Assembly: GCA_046758445.1 (NCBI GenBank)
Contig: JBHIAE010000009.1
Location: forward strand, 8,788-72,787
DNA length: 64,000 nucleotides
Reading direction: 5' to 3'
Origin: Candidatus Thorarchaeota archaeon
GTDB lineage: Archaea > Asgardarchaeota > Thorarchaeia > Thorarchaeales > Thorarchaeaceae
The notes below the pieces were generated by a model that worked only from the letters and a program-made list of their open reading frames with translations, was not told where the DNA came from and did no database searches. The translations under genes were made by a program, and so were the position numbers. Positions 39,818-50,343 of the stretch are shown here, piece by piece. The first letter of the stretch is position 1. Each line of letters opens with the position of its first letter.

Positions 39818-40438
39818 GTGGCGTTACAATTGGACACGATGATGATTCGAGCAATCGTTCTGGACATGGATGGAGTGATACGTCACATTGATCTTGAAAC
39901 GGCAGAAAAGGCTACGCGATCGATAAACCTGACCTTTGACGAGCTCATGACCGTTCTTTGGGACAACGAGTCCGGCAGGATGCTACTCCGAGGGGAGATT
40001 TCTCGCAACGTGTGGTGGAGCATCTCGCAGTCCGAAGACAATCGCTTGGCTGATGTTCCACAGAAATTCGTGTGGGATTCCGTGTTTGCGAAGAGTTCCA
40101 TTGACAAGAAGATTGTTGACTATGTCAGAACGAATACTGAGAGTCTGACCACTGCTATCTTCACGAATTGCGACAGTGTTTCAAAGAGTCAAGTAATCAG
40201 TGATTTAGGACCGAACCATCCGTTTGACTACGTGGTTTCATCTAGTGACATTGGAGCAACGAAGCCTGAGAAGGAGGCGTTTCTGAGAATGCTCGAGACT
40301 ATTCAATTATCGGCTCAGGACTGCGTCTTCTTTGATGATTCTCGGACGAACATTGAGGCTGCGATGGAAATCGGAATCCATAGCTTCCTCTTCAAAGACC
40401 TAACACACCTGAAGAACACCCTGGAATCATTTCGATAG
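39818..40438 (+). CDS. HAD-IA family phosphatase
   Basis: 'LDMDGVI', 'FTN', 'KP', 'FFDDSRTN'. Confidence 0.9.
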   Translation: MALQLDTMMIRAIVLDMDGVIRHIDLETAEKATRSINLTFDELMTVLWDNESGRMLLRGEISRNVWWSISQSEDNRLADVPQKFVWDSVFAKSSIDKKIVDYVRTNTESLTTAIFTNCDSVSKSQVISDLGPNHPFDYVVSSSDIGATKPEKEAFLRMLETIQLSAQDCVFFDDSRTNIEAAMEIGIHSFLFKDLTHLKNTLESFR

Positions 40439-40601
40439 AACCAAGTCACCCTTCGAAAGTTGTCTTGAGTCAAATGAACGAGGTTCTCTCTGGCACTATG
40501 AAAAATAGGAGATGGGATGCGCAAGATAGACCTCCGCATCCGTTTCAAATTGATCTGCAGCGAACCCAACTAATCCTGTCCAAGTTTCGCGACCTAGCCT
40601 G

Positions 40602-40859
40602 TCATTGTGCTAGTCTGAGTCTGCTCACGCTATCCACCAGAAGGGTCTGATCCTTTGCATCCATGTACCTGGACGGACTTGTTTCATATCGTGACCGGTT
40701 TTGCCGTGTCAGAGTGAAATACTCACGAATCGGAAACCACTCTGAGTCATGCCCGTTGTTGATAAAATCGGCGAAGATCAGTCTAATGAGCCTTACTTCG
40801 TCTCTTTTGCGTTCACGTTGCTTCTTGCGTTTCCTTTTCCGGTATTCACTAGCTGACAT
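40602..40859 (-). CDS. small basic hypothetical protein, possibly a truncated remnant
   Basis: AGGAGGT SD before ATG 40859; 'RKRKRKKQRERKR' basic tract. Confidence 0.35.
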   Translation of the reverse strand: MSASEYRKRKRKKQRERKRDEVRLIRLIFADFINNGHDSEWFPIREYFTLTRQNRSRYETSPSRYMDAKDQTLLVDSVSRLRLAQ

Positions 40860-41090
40860 TTTCTGTATACCTCCTTGAGGAAAACACAGAATCGGCAACA
40901 GTGGGTTTGTGCCCATTGGCTGTCGATAGAGTCCTCTTCCCCGAGAGGACCACGATCAGAAGGAATAGACATCACGAGGAAGAGGAAGCCTGTACTAGCT
41001 CACACTAGTATTGTGGAACCAATACGGGTGTGTTGTGTTTCCTCGTAACATTGTTGTGATTCTCTCTTCGCCAGAGCTCGCATATAACGG

Positions 41091-41711
41091 TTGGTTTCTC
41101 CGTATTTCGGGCTGCAGAAGGTACATCTACGCGTTCATTTGGCGACCTGTCCAACCTGCTCCAAGATGCTGGTGATTGTGAAGATGGTCGAGGAGGGAGC
41201 AGGCGTGACAGGAATGGACCACTGTCACAACAACCACACGGTCACGTACATCAGCGACATGCTCAAGGTCACTTTGAGCACGCCCACACCGGTAGTGACT
41301 CCAGGTGTCGAGGTCACGGTCAACGTGGCCGTGGTCTATGCCCATGACGACTCAGCCGTTGGTAATTACTTCGCGGAAATCGACCGTGATGCGATTGCCC
41401 TTGTCACGATCAATGAGACAGACCCGTCCTTCACTGTCTTGGAAGAGATTGCGATAAGTCATGTCTAATTGGTATCAGGTGCCAGTGAGAGCCTCTACGG
41501 AATCACGGAAGTCTACTCGAGCTATCAGCTCACAGTGACCTGGGGGGAGGCAGGTGAGCCTGGCCTTGGATTCCCGCCGCCTGATAACAGGACCACGACA
41601 ACGACTGAGTACGAGCCAGCACCGGTCAGTCTTGTGTGAATGACGGTCCGTATTAGAGGGATGTTCATCTTCCTCTACATGACCCGGGATTCTCGGGGTG
41701 TACGTAGATGA
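41091..41711 (+). pseudogene. decayed cell-surface protein (beta-rich, Thr linker, eroded TM anchor)
   Basis: One frame continues through TAA 41466 and a later TGA: '...VNVAVVYAHD...HV*LVSGASESLYGITEVYSSYQLTVTW...RTTTTTEYEPAPVSLV*MTVRIRGMFIFLYM...RR*'. Confidence 0.5.
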
Positions 41712-41840
41712 ATGCTGACGAACAGGCGATCTACAGGACCGACACTCTTGAGAGGTGGATAGAGAGAATGCCCCGGTGGACTGCAAGAAAGGCCAGGAAC
41801 AGGCTGAAGCGTCGTTAGAGTCTGATCTGCACGTGGAGAG

Positions 41841-42312
41841 TCAATAGGACCTGAGAATTATCTTTTCATCGCGTTCTTTAAAGGTGATTTCGAAGTTCCA
41901 GTATATCGTATCACGTCCGAGAACCACGTAGGGAATGTTTCCTTCAATCTTGGGTATTTGAATGGGGCAATTAGGGAACTCGCAGAAGGGCTTGAGGCCC
42001 TTCAAAAATGGCAATGTTGACATTGCTAACGAATATGGGAATCACGCCGCCAGCCCCACGGGCACTGTCCTCCTCTTCCATAAGGAGTTCTAAGGTCTCT
42101 GCGAGCTCAAGTGGTATGAACGAGCATGTTGCCCCGGAGTCAACCAAGACTGGAGTCCGAAAGGATATGCCCTTGTGCTCCAGATACACGAAAATCATTG
42201 GCAATCGATAGGCAGTACCGTCCTCTTCTCTGAATGTCCTATATTTGCAGACGATCTTTAGTCTCTTCCTTCTGGAATACGTCTTCTCAGAAGGCACAAA
42301 TGAGCCCCTCAC
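41841..42312 (-). pseudogene. retropepsin-like aspartic protease, +1 frameshift at the T5 run (42004-42008)
   Basis: Catalytic 'VLVDSGATCSFIP' and flap 'GAGG' in one frame; C-terminal 'VVLGRD' in the +1 frame. Removing one T gives 'IAILKGLKPF'. Confidence 0.8.
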
Positions 42313-42503
42313 AAGAGCATGACTTCATTCCTTGGCACTTTCATTATGAAGGGCTCACGATCTGGATACTTCTTCTTTGCCTCACGGAATACGGTCTTTC
42401 CAGAATCAACAGTGGCCACGATTTCCTTATCAACTAGTGCAACCCACTTACCAATGTGCTCCCCCAGATCTGACATCGACATGATGATGTCAAACTTATT
42501 CAT
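42309..42503 (-). CDS. DUF5678-like small protein
   Basis: 'GKWVALVDKEIVA...AKKKYPDREPFIMKVP' pattern; GGTGA SD; GTGA overlap with the protease start. Confidence 0.75.
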   Translation of the reverse strand: MNKFDIIMSMSDLGEHIGKWVALVDKEIVATVDSGKTVFREAKKKYPDREPFIMKVPRNEVMLL

Positions 42504-42700
42504 TTTTTCTTCACCATTGCGAGATTCTCCTAACAACTGTGGGCCGGCTCTACAAGAAAGTCAGTTCAAACCCCCTGTGTTGCTCTCCATGTGGCAGTAT
42601 CGCAAAAGTACGGGACTTTCGCACACATTGATCGCTTCTATTTCAATAGATATAGTCTTGTATCTGACTAAACACTAACTCTTCACACGGAAACTTCGGA

Positions 42701-42934
42701 CTATCCCTTCAATGCTCCACCGATGGCCACGACTCCAAGAACCACAATCATCAACATGAGTGTCACCTGTGTGTTCATTGGCGTGACACCCGTAAAGAAC
42801 GCCCATAGGCTGCCAGTCATCTCTTGGAGCTGAAACTCTACAGTGTTGACATAGCGGTTCAGAACGTCAAAGGCCAGATACATCAATAACAGGGTCGAGA
42901 GCACAGAGGCTCCTTTCGCTACTCCACCCATCAC
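42701..42934 (-). CDS. small two-TM membrane protein
   Basis: GAGGTGA SD; two hydrophobic helices. Confidence 0.6.
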   Translation of the reverse strand: MMGGVAKGASVLSTLLLMYLAFDVLNRYVNTVEFQLQEMTGSLWAFFTGVTPMNTQVTLMLMIVVLGVVAIGGALKG

Positions 42935-43112
42935 ATCACCTCAATAGGTGTCTGCAGCAAGGTTGGATGGGAAACAGTGAGGATTGTCCTCGATGATCTC
43001 AAAAGACCCTACCACCGACACCATACATTGGCTCCATTTCTACTTGAATTGTGTTTCGGTAACCTTTCATGTGGAAACTCTCTCAAACAGGTCGTCAATC
43101 TCGCCTAGATGC

Positions 43113-44396
43113 TCAGTAGGCATTATCGGACCTCGGAAACCAAAGTCTTACCCGAGTGCCCTGATCTGGATGACCAATCACTCGGTCGTGAACATCGATC
43201 CTACCCCCGTACTTCTCTAGGACCTGGCGTGTCTGATGCAGACCAAGTCCACCATATCGACGTGCAGGGTCAAGTAGTTCTGTCTTACGGGCGTCTGAGA
43301 TGCCTGGGCCGTCGTCTGCAATGGTCACTTCGTAGCCGCCGTGACTCTCCTCAAGCTGTATCCAGACATGCTTGTCCTCCGTCGGGTTGTGCCTGACCGC
43401 GTTCTCCATGATGTTGAGCAGCGCAGCCTCTGCGAACTCGTCTGCCCACACAAGGGCGTCCTCCACCTTGCAGTCGGTCTTGATGCTGGAGTCCCTGTGA
43501 ATCGCCGAGAAAGAAGCCACACACTCCTGCAGAAGGTTGTCAAGTGGCCTCTCTTCTAGGTGAACCTCCATGAGGCGGCTCAGGTCCCGGACCTTGGAGA
43601 TTATGCTTCTGCAGGCATCGCTAGAGACCAGGATCGTTTCAAGAAGATCGCTGACGTCAACGAAGTTCGGGTCAGTGCGGACTATCTCCGTACTCAAGAT
43701 TATGGACTGCAGATGATTGGCGATGTCGTGGCTCATGAGATCGACGTAGAGGAGAGACCTGCTCCTCATTCTCCGAAGGCGCTTCTCTATGTATACATGG
43801 TCTAGGCGGGTTTGGATCGTCTCCAGACCATAGCTCAAGTTTCGGGCCAGTCTGCTGAGCAGTGTCAGCTCATCCTCGTCAAACGCATAGGGCTCTGGAG
43901 CGTAGACGTTCAGTGCTCCATAGGGCTCATCGCTGACATGCACAGGGATGGCCACAGAGGATGCGTAACCGCGTTTCACCGCCTCAGCTCTCCACGGCTT
44001 GAATGAGGGGTCTGTGAGAATACTCTGTGCCACGCAGGGCTCGCCTGTTCTTATGGCTGTCCCGGTGGGGCCACGGCCTCTCTCTGTGTCAGCCCATGTG
44101 ATACCCATCTTCTCAAGATAACCGTCCTCGCATCCGCATGCCGCTACAGGGAGCACAGTCCTCTCCTCATCGTGACGGACAAGTCCAAACCAGGCCAATT
44201 TATACTCAGCCTCCTCCACAATGATTCTGCAGACGTCCGCCAACAGCTCTGACTCATCCCTTATGCTGATCAGTGCCTCGTTGCATGCGCTGAGCGCTCG
44301 GAGTGCCCTATTCTCTCTCGCAAGGACACTGTTCGACTCCTGTCGGGCTGCTTTCCTTGTGGGACTCATTGCTTCACCTCGATTCCTGGGGGCCAT
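43113..44396 (-). CDS. GAF-sensor histidine kinase
   Basis: GAF 'RGPTGTAIRTG...YASSVAIP', H-box 'DLMSHDIAN', 'NIMENAVRH', 'DDGPGI', 'GLGL'. Confidence 0.93.
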   Translation of the reverse strand: MAPRNRGEAMSPTRKAARQESNSVLARENRALRALSACNEALISIRDESELLADVCRIIVEEAEYKLAWFGLVRHDEERTVLPVAACGCEDGYLEKMGITWADTERGRGPTGTAIRTGEPCVAQSILTDPSFKPWRAEAVKRGYASSVAIPVHVSDEPYGALNVYAPEPYAFDEDELTLLSRLARNLSYGLETIQTRLDHVYIEKRLRRMRSRSLLYVDLMSHDIANHLQSIILSTEIVRTDPNFVDVSDLLETILVSSDACRSIISKVRDLSRLMEVHLEERPLDNLLQECVASFSAIHRDSSIKTDCKVEDALVWADEFAEAALLNIMENAVRHNPTEDKHVWIQLEESHGGYEVTIADDGPGISDARKTELLDPARRYGGLGLHQTRQVLEKYGGRIDVHDRVIGHPDQGTRVRLWFPRSDNAY

Positions 44397-46065
44397 TCAA
44401 CAGGTATAGAGGTAGCCAGACTCCAGTCAGTCAATCCTCTTGCGATAATGTTGAGCCCTTCAAGGCTGGCGAGGCCTTCTCGAGGTGGCGCTCCTTGTAT
44501 GACTCTCGTCTTTGCTATCCCTTGACTATGAGAGCCTATGCATCCCTATTATATTACAGTATTACGTAATTAAATAACTTATAGAAAAGTTCTCCGCAGG
44601 TCTCACCTTGGCCAAGGCTTGAGGACAGAGGAAAGTGTGGAAAGGTGATGAGGAGGTTGCCGTACAAGATCCACTCGTCACCAACGCGGGCTCTGAGATC
44701 CCTCAGGACCTCTACCTTGACGCTGTATGACGTACCTATAGTCTAATCAATTGCATTAGTTTCAACCCTAACATACGAAATAACACATTTGGGGGGTGTC
44801 ACGAATGTCCTGCCCTCATGAGCCCAATGGGCAAATCGGCTTGACAGAGCTGGCCCTCAATCTGTTCCCCACTTTGCATGAACAGACTGATCTAGTAGAG
44901 CTCCTCTTCTTCCTATGGGATGACATGTCATTATGCTGATGTTACCACTGTTTCACGCATTCGGAGTCGCCATCCAAGATGAAGTGTGGTCAGTGTCAGC
45001 AGGACACAGTGTGGTAGGAGGGGGGGAGTTATGTTATGAGGGCATGTTACAAAACTAGGCCCTACTGACTACTTGACCACAGCTTTTCCATTGATATGCC
45101 TCCTAATAAGCTCTGCATCTGATATGATTCCATTGACCAGTGTGAATGCGATCGGGGCTCCAATCTTACCCCAGCGGAGGTAGGAGAATCGTGACTTACA
45201 AATCTCAGGTCCTATGCACTTGTAGTTCGAGTGGTAGGAAGGCTACAATTAAGGTTTCATCCATCGTGAATCCATCCAGCAATCCGAGGTCCCGCCTATC
45301 CAACGCGCCTTTTGCGTCCCGCGATTCCTCTCTGAACTCCTTGGAAGACAGCCATTCCGGAAACGATATAGAGTGAACTGAGGATTTGCCAGACTGTAAT
45401 AGGATTCAGATCCATAGGCAGGCCAGAGGATATCTTCACTTCTAGGTTCAATTCAGCTACTAAGGGTATCACTGGAGTGACCAACAAGCGGTATAGGACC
45501 TTCAAGGTCCTAGGTCTATCATGGTCCCATCGATGCACACGATTTCAGCGAGTCCCGATCTCTCAATTGACAGCGCGAGATAGCTCATCAACCAAGACGA
45601 ATCAAAGAAGAAACGACAGTAGAAAAACCAGCTCGTAGATTCTGAATAACCGTATGAGAGATGTTGGATTCAATTCATTCTGCATAACCAAGTCTGTTTC
45701 GACGCACATCCATGTGCTGCCACAATCTTCGGAAGCCACAGGAAGAAGGCCTGATAGAGCAGCCGCCGCCGTGGGAGAGAATGGGAGTGAACGAGCCGTA
45801 TAGACGTACTTGGGATCCATGGTAGGATTCTTCATTCATGCCAAAGCTGAGGCGTCCGTGTGTTGCGCAGGGATTGGATCATGCCTACTGGATGCTGCTT
45901 GAGCGTCATGAAGGCGGGAGCTAGGATCAGAGAAACACAGGACGCAGGCACGCTTGATTACTCAATCGAGCTAGATGGAGTTCTTCCTTGGTCCTTTTCG
46001 ACAATGAGTCTACAAGATGATGCACAAAGTCTTCTACACTTGTCCGAGATATCACCTCGGAGATA

Positions 46066-46360
46066 ATGGCAGATGAAATGCTTCGCATTGGTGACTGGAG
46101 ATATTGAGAGCTGTTCCAGCAGTCCGTTGATGCCACAGTGCTCTGCAATGCAAGCGTCGATCCGGTTCACAACTCTGTCCTCTCCGAGTCCATTGAAACT
46201 GATAGTCCGCCCGTGGAAACTGTGAGTCTTCACGAGTTCGCCGCGGCGGATCTAAGGACCAAGAAGGGGAACGGTTGTAGTGATTCGGTAGAATATTCTG
46301 CTGTCACCATCGAGACTGCTCACCGTAGGTTTTACATATCATTAATCCGACTCCTACCAC
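46066..46360 (+). pseudogene. degraded PAS/PAC-domain gene
   Basis: 'WRY*ELFQQSVDATVL' (TGA at 46105, plausibly from CGA) resembles a PAS N-cap; 'LRTKKG...SVEYSAVTIETAHRRFYISLIR' resembles a PAC motif; flanked by kinases. End coordinate is approximate. Confidence 0.45.
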
Positions 46361-46485
46361 GGAGAAGAGCGAACAGGGATTGCCTGAAACTCATAAGTCA
46401 CAAGAGGCATTATGAGTCTTGCACCGTTCACCAAATCATATTTGAACCTGTGTTGGCAAGACATCCTCCCGCAATGATATCCAGT

Positions 46486-47523
46486 TTAGTACTCCATAGG
46501 AAGCACGATTTTGAACGATGCTCCTTTTCCTGGTTCGGGCTCTGCAAGCTCTATGGAACCGCCCATTGCCTGAACAATCTCCCTCGAAAGGTACAGGCCC
46601 AGACCCCCTCCAGGTCGTGTTGAGCCACCTCTCGTGAATAGTATGGCCCGAACTTCCTCTGCGATTCCCGGGCCATCATCAGAAACCACAATCTGAACCT
46701 CATGATCCGTTCTTCCCACCCAAACGTCAATATTGGGCTTTTCGCCCGCATATGTGGCCGCGTTCCTGAAGAGATTATCGAATACCATGGGCAGTAGCAC
46801 GCTCTCCGGGACTCTCACATCTTCAGTGCCCCTATCCGCATCAATAGAAATAGTGAGGTTCATGCTGGCCTCTTGCGCCTGCTCAGACACTTTTCGAATG
46901 AGCTGGATGATGTTTGTCTCAGCCATCTTGGATGAACGACCAAACGCATTGAGTAGACTCAACATACGCTCACAGACAGCCTCGGTGGAAACAAGTAGCT
47001 CCCCGACTATTTCGCACACATCAACCGTTAGCATTCTGAATGCGTCTACATTGCCTAGAATGATGCCAACATCGTTCTTCATATCATGACGTAGGAGTGA
47101 GGCATATAGCTCCAACTCCCTGTGCTGGAGTTCTCGGGACCTCTCCATTTGCTTGCGTTCCAAATAGCTTCCCAGTTCAGAAGCGATTGTTTCGATGAGA
47201 TCACGTTCCAATTTGAGAAATGGGCCCTCGTCGGCCGCCGGTTTCTCGGACACATAACGGACATCTATCCTACCTGCCTTCCTGCTGAAGGTCCAGATGT
47301 CAGCGGACTGAACCCACGGGGTCTCGACATAATTGACTGACATCACTTCCTTGTTCTCATACTCGATTTTTGAACAAGCCTCATCAGGATACTGCCATCC
47401 TTCAACCAAGAGGTGCACCAGAGTATCAAGCACCTCGTCAATTGGCTTCTCGTATTGTGAGAAAAGCCTTGAGATGTTGCGTAGACATATGACCCCGTGA
47501 GCAACTCCACTACCATCTGTCAA
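46486..47523 (-). CDS. sensor histidine kinase
   Basis: 'EGPFLKLE' N-terminal GAF-like module, H-box 'LLRHDMKN', 'NLFRNA', 'DDGPGI', 'GGLGLY'. Confidence 0.92.
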   Translation of the reverse strand: MTDGSGVAHGVICLRNISRLFSQYEKPIDEVLDTLVHLLVEGWQYPDEACSKIEYENKEVMSVNYVETPWVQSADIWTFSRKAGRIDVRYVSEKPAADEGPFLKLERDLIETIASELGSYLERKQMERSRELQHRELELYASLLRHDMKNDVGIILGNVDAFRMLTVDVCEIVGELLVSTEAVCERMLSLLNAFGRSSKMAETNIIQLIRKVSEQAQEASMNLTISIDADRGTEDVRVPESVLLPMVFDNLFRNAATYAGEKPNIDVWVGRTDHEVQIVVSDDGPGIAEEVRAILFTRGGSTRPGGGLGLYLSREIVQAMGGSIELAEPEPGKGASFKIVLPMEY

Positions 47524-47823
47524 TGAAATCCCCCGGATCGATTCATCCTTATCTTATCTAAAGTGGTCGTTCCAGTCTGAATCCCGAGTTGTGAATGCAT
47601 CCCTATTCTCAGGCAGCTTCTGGATTGTCGACGCGAATTCCGATATTGTAGGTTCTATATATGTGTAGATGTGACCTCATATGGCTCTCAGCAATATTGT
47701 CTGGATGGATGTTGTTGATTTCTCCCAACAAGATTCTTAATGATTGGAGCCAGACATGAAGAGTGAAGCTCCGGGAAGGGTGCCAGAGCCCTCCGCGAGT
47801 CCAAACCCTAGGTTGGTAATCAG

Positions 47824-48921
47824 ATGGAGAAAATGCAGCTCCTTCTCTCTCTTATCGAAGGAACTAACGATTTGATTCATAGTGTTGAACCGGATGGCAA
47901 GTTCGAGTTCGTCAATCGGGCATGGATAGAAACCCTAGGATACTCAGACAAGGATGTTGGCGGCCTCCGCCTGAAGGACATACTGTTTCCAGGACACCTT
48001 GGAACTCACCAAAAGCTGGTTTCGAGGGTTCTCAAGGGAGAGAGTGAAACAGGTGTGGAAGTAGTCTTCGTGACCAAAGATGGCCGTACTGTCAACGTCG
48101 AGGGGAATCTCTTTCCCCGTAAGGAGGGAGGCAAGATAATCTCCGCGACAGGATTCTTCCGTGACATAACCAGCCGCGTGCAAACTGAGAAGAGGCTGGA
48201 AGAGTCAAAGGCACGCACTGAGTTCTTTGTTGACCTCATGGTTCACGACCTAATGAACATAAACCAAGAGATTCTGTCAACGTTTGAGATTCTTCTCTTG
48301 AGTAAAGACCTACCCTCTCAACTTGGGGGGCTGATTCGAGAGAGTCTCGCTGAGCTGGAACGAGCCTCAAGCCTAGTAGGGAATGTCAGAAAGATCACTC
48401 AGCTACATGCGAAAGTTCCAGAGGCCACGGAGTGGGACCTCAAGGAGGTCATATCCTCTGCGGCCAAATCAGCTGATGAAACATTTCCTGACAAGAAGCT
48501 CCATTTGCAAACTGACCTCGCTCCCGGTCAGTATATGGTCATAGCTGACGAGTTTCTAGAAGACGTCTTCCTTAGTCTTCTACACAACTCCATGAAGTTT
48601 GACAAGAGCCAGGATGTCCAGATTGAGATCGATGTCGAGCCCATAAAGCATACTCCGTTTTTGCGGATAGAGATCAAGGACTACGGGCCCGGAATTCCTG
48701 ATGAGGAGAAAGAAATGGTGTTCGACAAGCTGTCACATCGGAGAGAAAGCATAATGGGACTCGGACTAGGGCTTACCCTTGTGAAGACCGTGTTGGACAA
48801 CTATGGAGCATTCATTCGTGTTGAAGACAGAGTAGAAGGCGACCACACGAAGGGCGCCAATTTTGTCATACTCATGAGGCATGCAGGAGTGAACCGCTTA
48901 GGCCGGGAGGGTGATAAGTAG
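47824..48921 (+). CDS. PAS-sensor histidine kinase
   Basis: PAS 'FVNRAWIETLGYS...TKDGR...RDIT', H-box 'LMVHDLMN', 'DYGPGI', 'GLGL'. Confidence 0.93.
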   Translation: MEKMQLLLSLIEGTNDLIHSVEPDGKFEFVNRAWIETLGYSDKDVGGLRLKDILFPGHLGTHQKLVSRVLKGESETGVEVVFVTKDGRTVNVEGNLFPRKEGGKIISATGFFRDITSRVQTEKRLEESKARTEFFVDLMVHDLMNINQEILSTFEILLLSKDLPSQLGGLIRESLAELERASSLVGNVRKITQLHAKVPEATEWDLKEVISSAAKSADETFPDKKLHLQTDLAPGQYMVIADEFLEDVFLSLLHNSMKFDKSQDVQIEIDVEPIKHTPFLRIEIKDYGPGIPDEEKEMVFDKLSHRRESIMGLGLGLTLVKTVLDNYGAFIRVEDRVEGDHTKGANFVILMRHAGVNRLGREGDK

Positions 48922-49283
48922 TGGTAGCAGTAATGATTGTAGACGATGACGTGTTCCTACATAAGGTACTTGAGCGCATTTTGAGTATAGGGGGTCACTC
49001 AGTGATGGAGCATGCCTATAACGGGGCTGAGGCAATAGAGAAGTATGTGGCTCTGAACCCAAGACCAGACATTGTCCTAATGGACCATCGGATGCCTGTG
49101 ATGAACGGAGTAACTGCAACACGTGAACTCAAGGAGATCGACTCGTCAGCAGTTGTCGTGTTCATTAGTGCTGACGACACAGTAAGAAACGAAGCGATGA
49201 ATGCAGGTGCCCTTGGTTTCCTCACAAAGCCAATTCGGAGCACGGACCTCTTCGCAGCATTGGAGGACTATGTTCCATCTTGA
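48921..49283 (+). CDS. single-domain response regulator (CheY-like)
   Basis: 'IVDDD', 'LMDHRMPVMNG', 'ISA', 'FLTKP'. Confidence 0.95.
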   Translation: MVAVMIVDDDVFLHKVLERILSIGGHSVMEHAYNGAEAIEKYVALNPRPDIVLMDHRMPVMNGVTATRELKEIDSSAVVVFISADDTVRNEAMNAGALGFLTKPIRSTDLFAALEDYVPS

Positions 49284-49356
49284 CAGGGATTATGGGAATG
49301 TGACGAGGCACTTGACGTGAAGGTGACTCCTATGACCTGTGATGTCATTGCATCAC

Positions 49357-50107
49357 ATGGAGGTACCGGGGGAGAAGAATTCACCACACAGGCCTACTCA
49401 GAACTGTCAAACTAAATCCTTCTACTCATACTTAACAGGTCTTCGGACGTCGCCCCCTATTCACACGAGTTTGTAATGGGTAGCCTCGATGCCGAAGTCA
49501 TCTCAGGCCTTGTGACCGCTATGACGAACTTCATGGGCGAGATGATGGGGGAAGAGCGGGCTTAGTAGATGACAGAATATGGTTCTGATTGCACGCTTCT
49601 CGTTGAGGGCGATGAATGGGCCGTAGGTGTTGTTTCATTGGGAAAGAAACAACAGAGGCAAGATGTAGGCAATGACGTGTGATCACAGAGTTTGAGGATT
49701 GCCTTTCCGCCCTGAGGGATGTTGATGGAATAGAAGGAGGGGCGTTCGGAGAGTTTGACGATTATGTCAGGCGAACTTTCGTCGGCGATAGACTATCCAG
49801 AAAGTCCATCATCCTGAAGGGGCCCGACTGGTTCATCATCGCAGCATCGTGTGAACTGCCCGGTTGATGATACAAAGTCATGCAGTCGCAAGTGCATGTG
49901 GAAATGTCAACGAGACAGATACCAATCATCCAGAGAACCATTCTCCGGGTCAAGCCCATCGATCAAATGGCAGATGAACAAGATGAGAAGTATCCAATCT
50001 CCGCTCCTGAACTTCGCCGTCATTTGGCCGCCGAAGCGGCTGAGCGTGATCTAGAAAGCATTAAGACCAGGGGTCTGGTGGAACTCAGGAGCTCGTTCAT
50101 ACGTTGA
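49357..50107 (+). pseudogene. longin-like domain protein, pseudogene
   Basis: 'N*ILLLILNRSSDVAPYSHEF...DAEVISGLVTAMTNFMGEM...**...LLVEGDEWAVGVV', then a frameshift to 'RVITEFED...FGEFDDYVRRTF'; several stops and frameshifts. Confidence 0.65.
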
Positions 50108-50343
50108 ACGGAGCCATTCTGTTAAGGTGTGTAACCATAGACTGCATCAGGACCAAGTCATCAGCTGGCGAAATATGCGTGGCCAGCTGGTGCAACTCTT
50201 TTTGATATCCTCTCGGATTATGTATCCTCATGACAAGTACGTTGGGGTGTGTTTCGGAGCACAACAGGATTCATATCACACCCGTCAAAATAGTCACTGA
50301 TTGCCTCAGTATCAAGTTAGCGTGGAATTGAGGGCGTCCGAAT

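Noticed and set aside
40993-41010. Inverted repeat TACTAG-N6-CTAGTA
   Set aside because: Six-bp arms are expected by chance, and I noticed no second copy or associated regulator.
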